A stretch of DNA of 64,000 nucleotides. It comes from Macrostomum hystrix (taxonomy: Eukaryota > Animalia > Platyhelminthes). Below, in pieces: positions 61,075 through 64,000 of this stretch (positions are counted from its first letter, which is position 1; every line of letters begins with the position of its first letter). The stretch lies in contig CATNEN010000003.1 in assembly GCA_950097015.1 (NCBI GenBank), forward strand, positions 6,758,001 to 6,822,000. The letters are read 5' to 3'. Made by a program: the position numbers and the translations under genes. The notes under the pieces are model-generated. The model had not been told where the DNA came from. It was given only the letters and a program-made list of their open reading frames with translations, and searched no databases.

Positions 61075-61351
61075 CTCTGCACCTTAGTCAGGCGTCGCCG
61101 ACTCCAAAGTCGCCATCATCGGCCCAAGCCGGCGCCATCGTCGCCAGGAAGGCTCAGCCGACATCCGCCGTGCCTACTCGCTCATTGGCCGCCGCAGCCA
61201 CCGCTGGAATGCGCCGAGGCGGCAGCGCCAGCGGCCACACGGTGTCCTACGGCCCGCCACCGGCTAAGCATCCTGCTAGGCGACAGTCGGCGAAGGCGGC
61301 TGCTGCAGCGGCTGAGCAGCCATTGCATGTGTCAGTAACACAGAGTGCCGG
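61075..61351 (+). CDS. EML: EML-like protein, exon encoding a basic Ser/Pro/Ala-rich region
   Basis: GC-rich ORF part ALHLSQASPTPKSPSS...QSAG. Phase-1 acceptor gcgcag| (in-frame alternative at 61003). Donor GG|GTAGGT. Fits the basic region that follows the EML TD. Confidence 0.62.
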
Positions 61352-61370
61352 GTAGGTGCCAATATTTTTT

Positions 61371-62635
61371 GTGTTAGACATGCTGTTCTGGTGTTAGACA
61401 TGCTGTTCTAGTGTTAAACATGCTGTTCTAGTGTTAGACATGCTGTTCTAGTGTTAGACAGGATGTTCTAGTGTTAGACAGGATGTTCTAGTGTTAGACA
61501 GGATGTTCCAGTGTTAGACAGGATGTTCTAGTGTTAGACAGGATGTTCCAGTGTTAGACAGGATGTTCCAGTGTTAGACAGGATGTTCTAGTGTTAGACA
61601 GGATGTTCTAGTGTTAGACAGGATGTTCTAGTGTTAGACAGGATGTTCCAGTGTTAGACAGGATGTTCTAGTGTTAGACAGGATGTTCTAGTGTTAGACA
61701 GGATGTTCTAGTGTTAGACAGGATGTTCTAGTGTTAGACAGGATGTTACAGTGTTAGACATGCTGTTCTAGCGTTAGACAGGATGTTACAGTGTTAGACA
61801 TGATGTTCTAGTGTTAGACAGGATGTTCTAGTGTTAGACAGGTTGTTCTAGTGTTAGACAGGATGTTCTAGTGTTAGACAGGATGTTCTAGTGTTAGACA
61901 TGCTGTTCTAGTGTTAGACAGGATGTTCTAGTGTTAGACAGGATGTTCTAGTGTTAGACATGCTGTTCTAGTGTTAGACAGGATGTTCTAGTGTTAGACA
62001 TGCTGTTCTAGTGTTAGACAGGATGTTCTAGTGTTAGACATGCTGTTCTAGTGTTAGACAGGATGTTCTAGTGTTAGACATGCTGTTCTAGTGTTAGACA
62101 GGATGTTCCAGTGTTAGACAGGATGTTCTAGTGTTAGACAGGATGTTCTAGTGTTAGACAGGATGTTCTAGTGTTAGACAGGATGTTCTAGTGTTAGACA
62201 GGATGTTCTAGTGTTAGACAGGATGTTCTAGTGTTAGACAGGATGTTCTAGTGTTAGACAGGATGTTCTAGTGTTAGACAGGATGTTACAGTGTTAGACA
62301 TGCTGTTCTAGTGTTAGACAGGATGTTACAGTGTTAGACATGATGTTCTAGTGTTAGACAGGATGTTCTAGTGTTAGACAGGATGTTCTAGTGTTAGACA
62401 GGATGTTCTAGTGTTAGACAGGATGTTACAGTGTTAGACATGCTGTTCTAGTGTTAGACAGGATGTTCTAGTGTTAGACAGGATGTTCTAGTGTTAGACA
62501 GGATGTTCTAGTGTTAGACAGGATGTTACAGTGTTAGACATGCTGTTCTAGTGTTAGACAGGATGTTCTAGTGTTAGACATGCTGTTCTAGTGTTAGACA
62601 CGATGTTCCAGTGTTAGACATGCTGTTCTAGTGTT
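61371..62635. repeat. Minisatellite, 20-bp unit gtgttagaca(ggat/tgct)gttcta
   Basis: About 63 copies starting ~20 bp after the donor. Confidence 0.98.
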
Positions 62636-63114
62636 GATGACCATGCCACCATAGACGTAACCTTCAATTGTGTCCGCCGCGCCTACTTGACCTTCAAATG
62701 TACCGCCCTCTAAAACTCGCCTATATAAAATCAGCCGCCGCCCATTGCTGAAGTCTCATTCGCTCTATAACATGGGCCCGCTTCAGCAAGCCAGAGTAGC
62801 CAACGAAATTGACATGGCAGTTTATCGGTATACAAATCATACTACTGTTTGTTAGTAGTTAGCAAAAAGCTATTTATCCCCTTCCATTTATTATTCAGTC
62901 GCTCAGATCATATAGCTTAGATGGTTCTAGCTTTATTAATTTTAATTAAAACTTAATTTTGTTTCCTTAGCTTTACAAAATCTCAAGCATTCTTTCTTAC
63001 ATGCAAATGGGGTTCGCTTTTTAATAAATTAAATTTTCTTTTGGTAATATATTCAATCATGACTTACCGCAATACGAAATGAATTTACTAGTCTATATCG
63101 CAATGATTAATACT

Positions 63115-63688
63115 ATTACACACTGTGATACACACTGTGTTACAGACTGTGTTACAGACTGTGATACACACTGTGTTACAGACTGTGTTACAGACTTTGT
63201 TACAGACTGTGTTACACACTGTGTTACAGACTGTGTTACAGACTGTGTTACAGACTGTGTTACAGACTTTGTTACAGACTTTGTTACAGACTGTGTTACA
63301 GACTGTGTTACAGACTGTGTTACAGACTGTGTTACAGACTTTGTTACAGACTTTGTTACAGACTGTGTTACAGACTGTGTTACAGACTTTGTTACAGACT
63401 TTGTTACAGACTTTGTTACAGACTGTGTTACAGACTGTGTTACAGACTGTGTTACAGACTGTGTTACAGACTGTGTTACAGACTGTGTTACAGACTGTGT
63501 TACAGACTTTGTTACAGACTTTGTTACAGACTTTGTTACAGACTGTGTTACAGACTGTGTTACAGACTGTGTTACAGACTGTGTTACAGACTGTGTTACA
63601 GACTGTGTTACAGACTGTGTTACAGACTGTGTTACAGACTGTGTTACAGACTGTGTTACAGACTGTGTTACAGACTGTGTTACAGACA
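63115..63688. repeat. Minisatellite, 12-bp unit tgttacagact(g/t)
   Basis: About 47 copies. Source of the CVTD/NTVC/TVLQ ORFs. Confidence 0.97.
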
Positions 63689-64000
63689 GTATTTATACCA
63701 AGATGCGCTTGTGGTTGCTTTTGAAACATTTGTTGTTGCTCAATTTTAACAATTTGCTTCTTTTTTCCCAATTTCAGCAACAAGGAACCGATTTGGGTGA
63801 AGGGTGAGAGAAACTATTTGATTTTGTCCTTTGTTATTTTAGAAAAATGCTAGACTTTTATGTACAATCAATGCACTTTTGTACATTGCACTTTAGAATA
63901 CTAAAAGTACAATAGATTTGCACTTTACCCAACTACTCCACTCGCACTTTTGTCGCTCCCCTGCTTAATAATCATTTCAGACTTCAATAAACTCGAAAGT

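Noticed and set aside
797-63688. CRISPR-like appearance of 20-30 bp repeats
   Set aside because: The units are head-to-tail with no unique spacers, there are no cas genes, and the context is eukaryotic.

Overview
Eukaryotic (metazoan) genomic DNA. It is AT-rich, has GC-richer exons with GT-AG introns, and carries many unrelated 12-32 bp minisatellite arrays. This style resembles the flatworm Macrostomum lignano (inference only). Six host genes can be reconstructed by hand: an otubain/OTUB1-like deubiquitinase (-, 2 exons); a divergent Rab GTPase (+, 3 exons, switch-II Gln replaced by Met); a MYLIP/IDOL/Dnr1-like FERM-RING ligase (-, 5 exons); FoxL1 (+, 2 exons); an intronless 973-aa ER thioredoxin-fold protein ending in KDEL (-); and the 5' part of an EML/EMAP gene (+). 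Mobile DNA includes a 5'-truncated non-LTR retrotransposon with an intact APE-RT-RNase H ORF2 and 11-bp TSD, a frameshifted DD34D mariner, a Merlin-like deletion derivative, two hAT-type non-autonomous elements with 8-bp TSDs, other MITEs, a possible BEL/Pao gag relic, and two tRNA-derived SINE families (one with a MIR-like CORE domain). About 17 tandem arrays produce the long repetitive ORFs in the track, which are artefacts. The most unusual pattern is that many arrays sit tens of bases from splice sites, one inflates a probable mini-intron about 60-fold, two supply branch-point-like motifs, and two pairs of arrays are mutually reverse-complementary.
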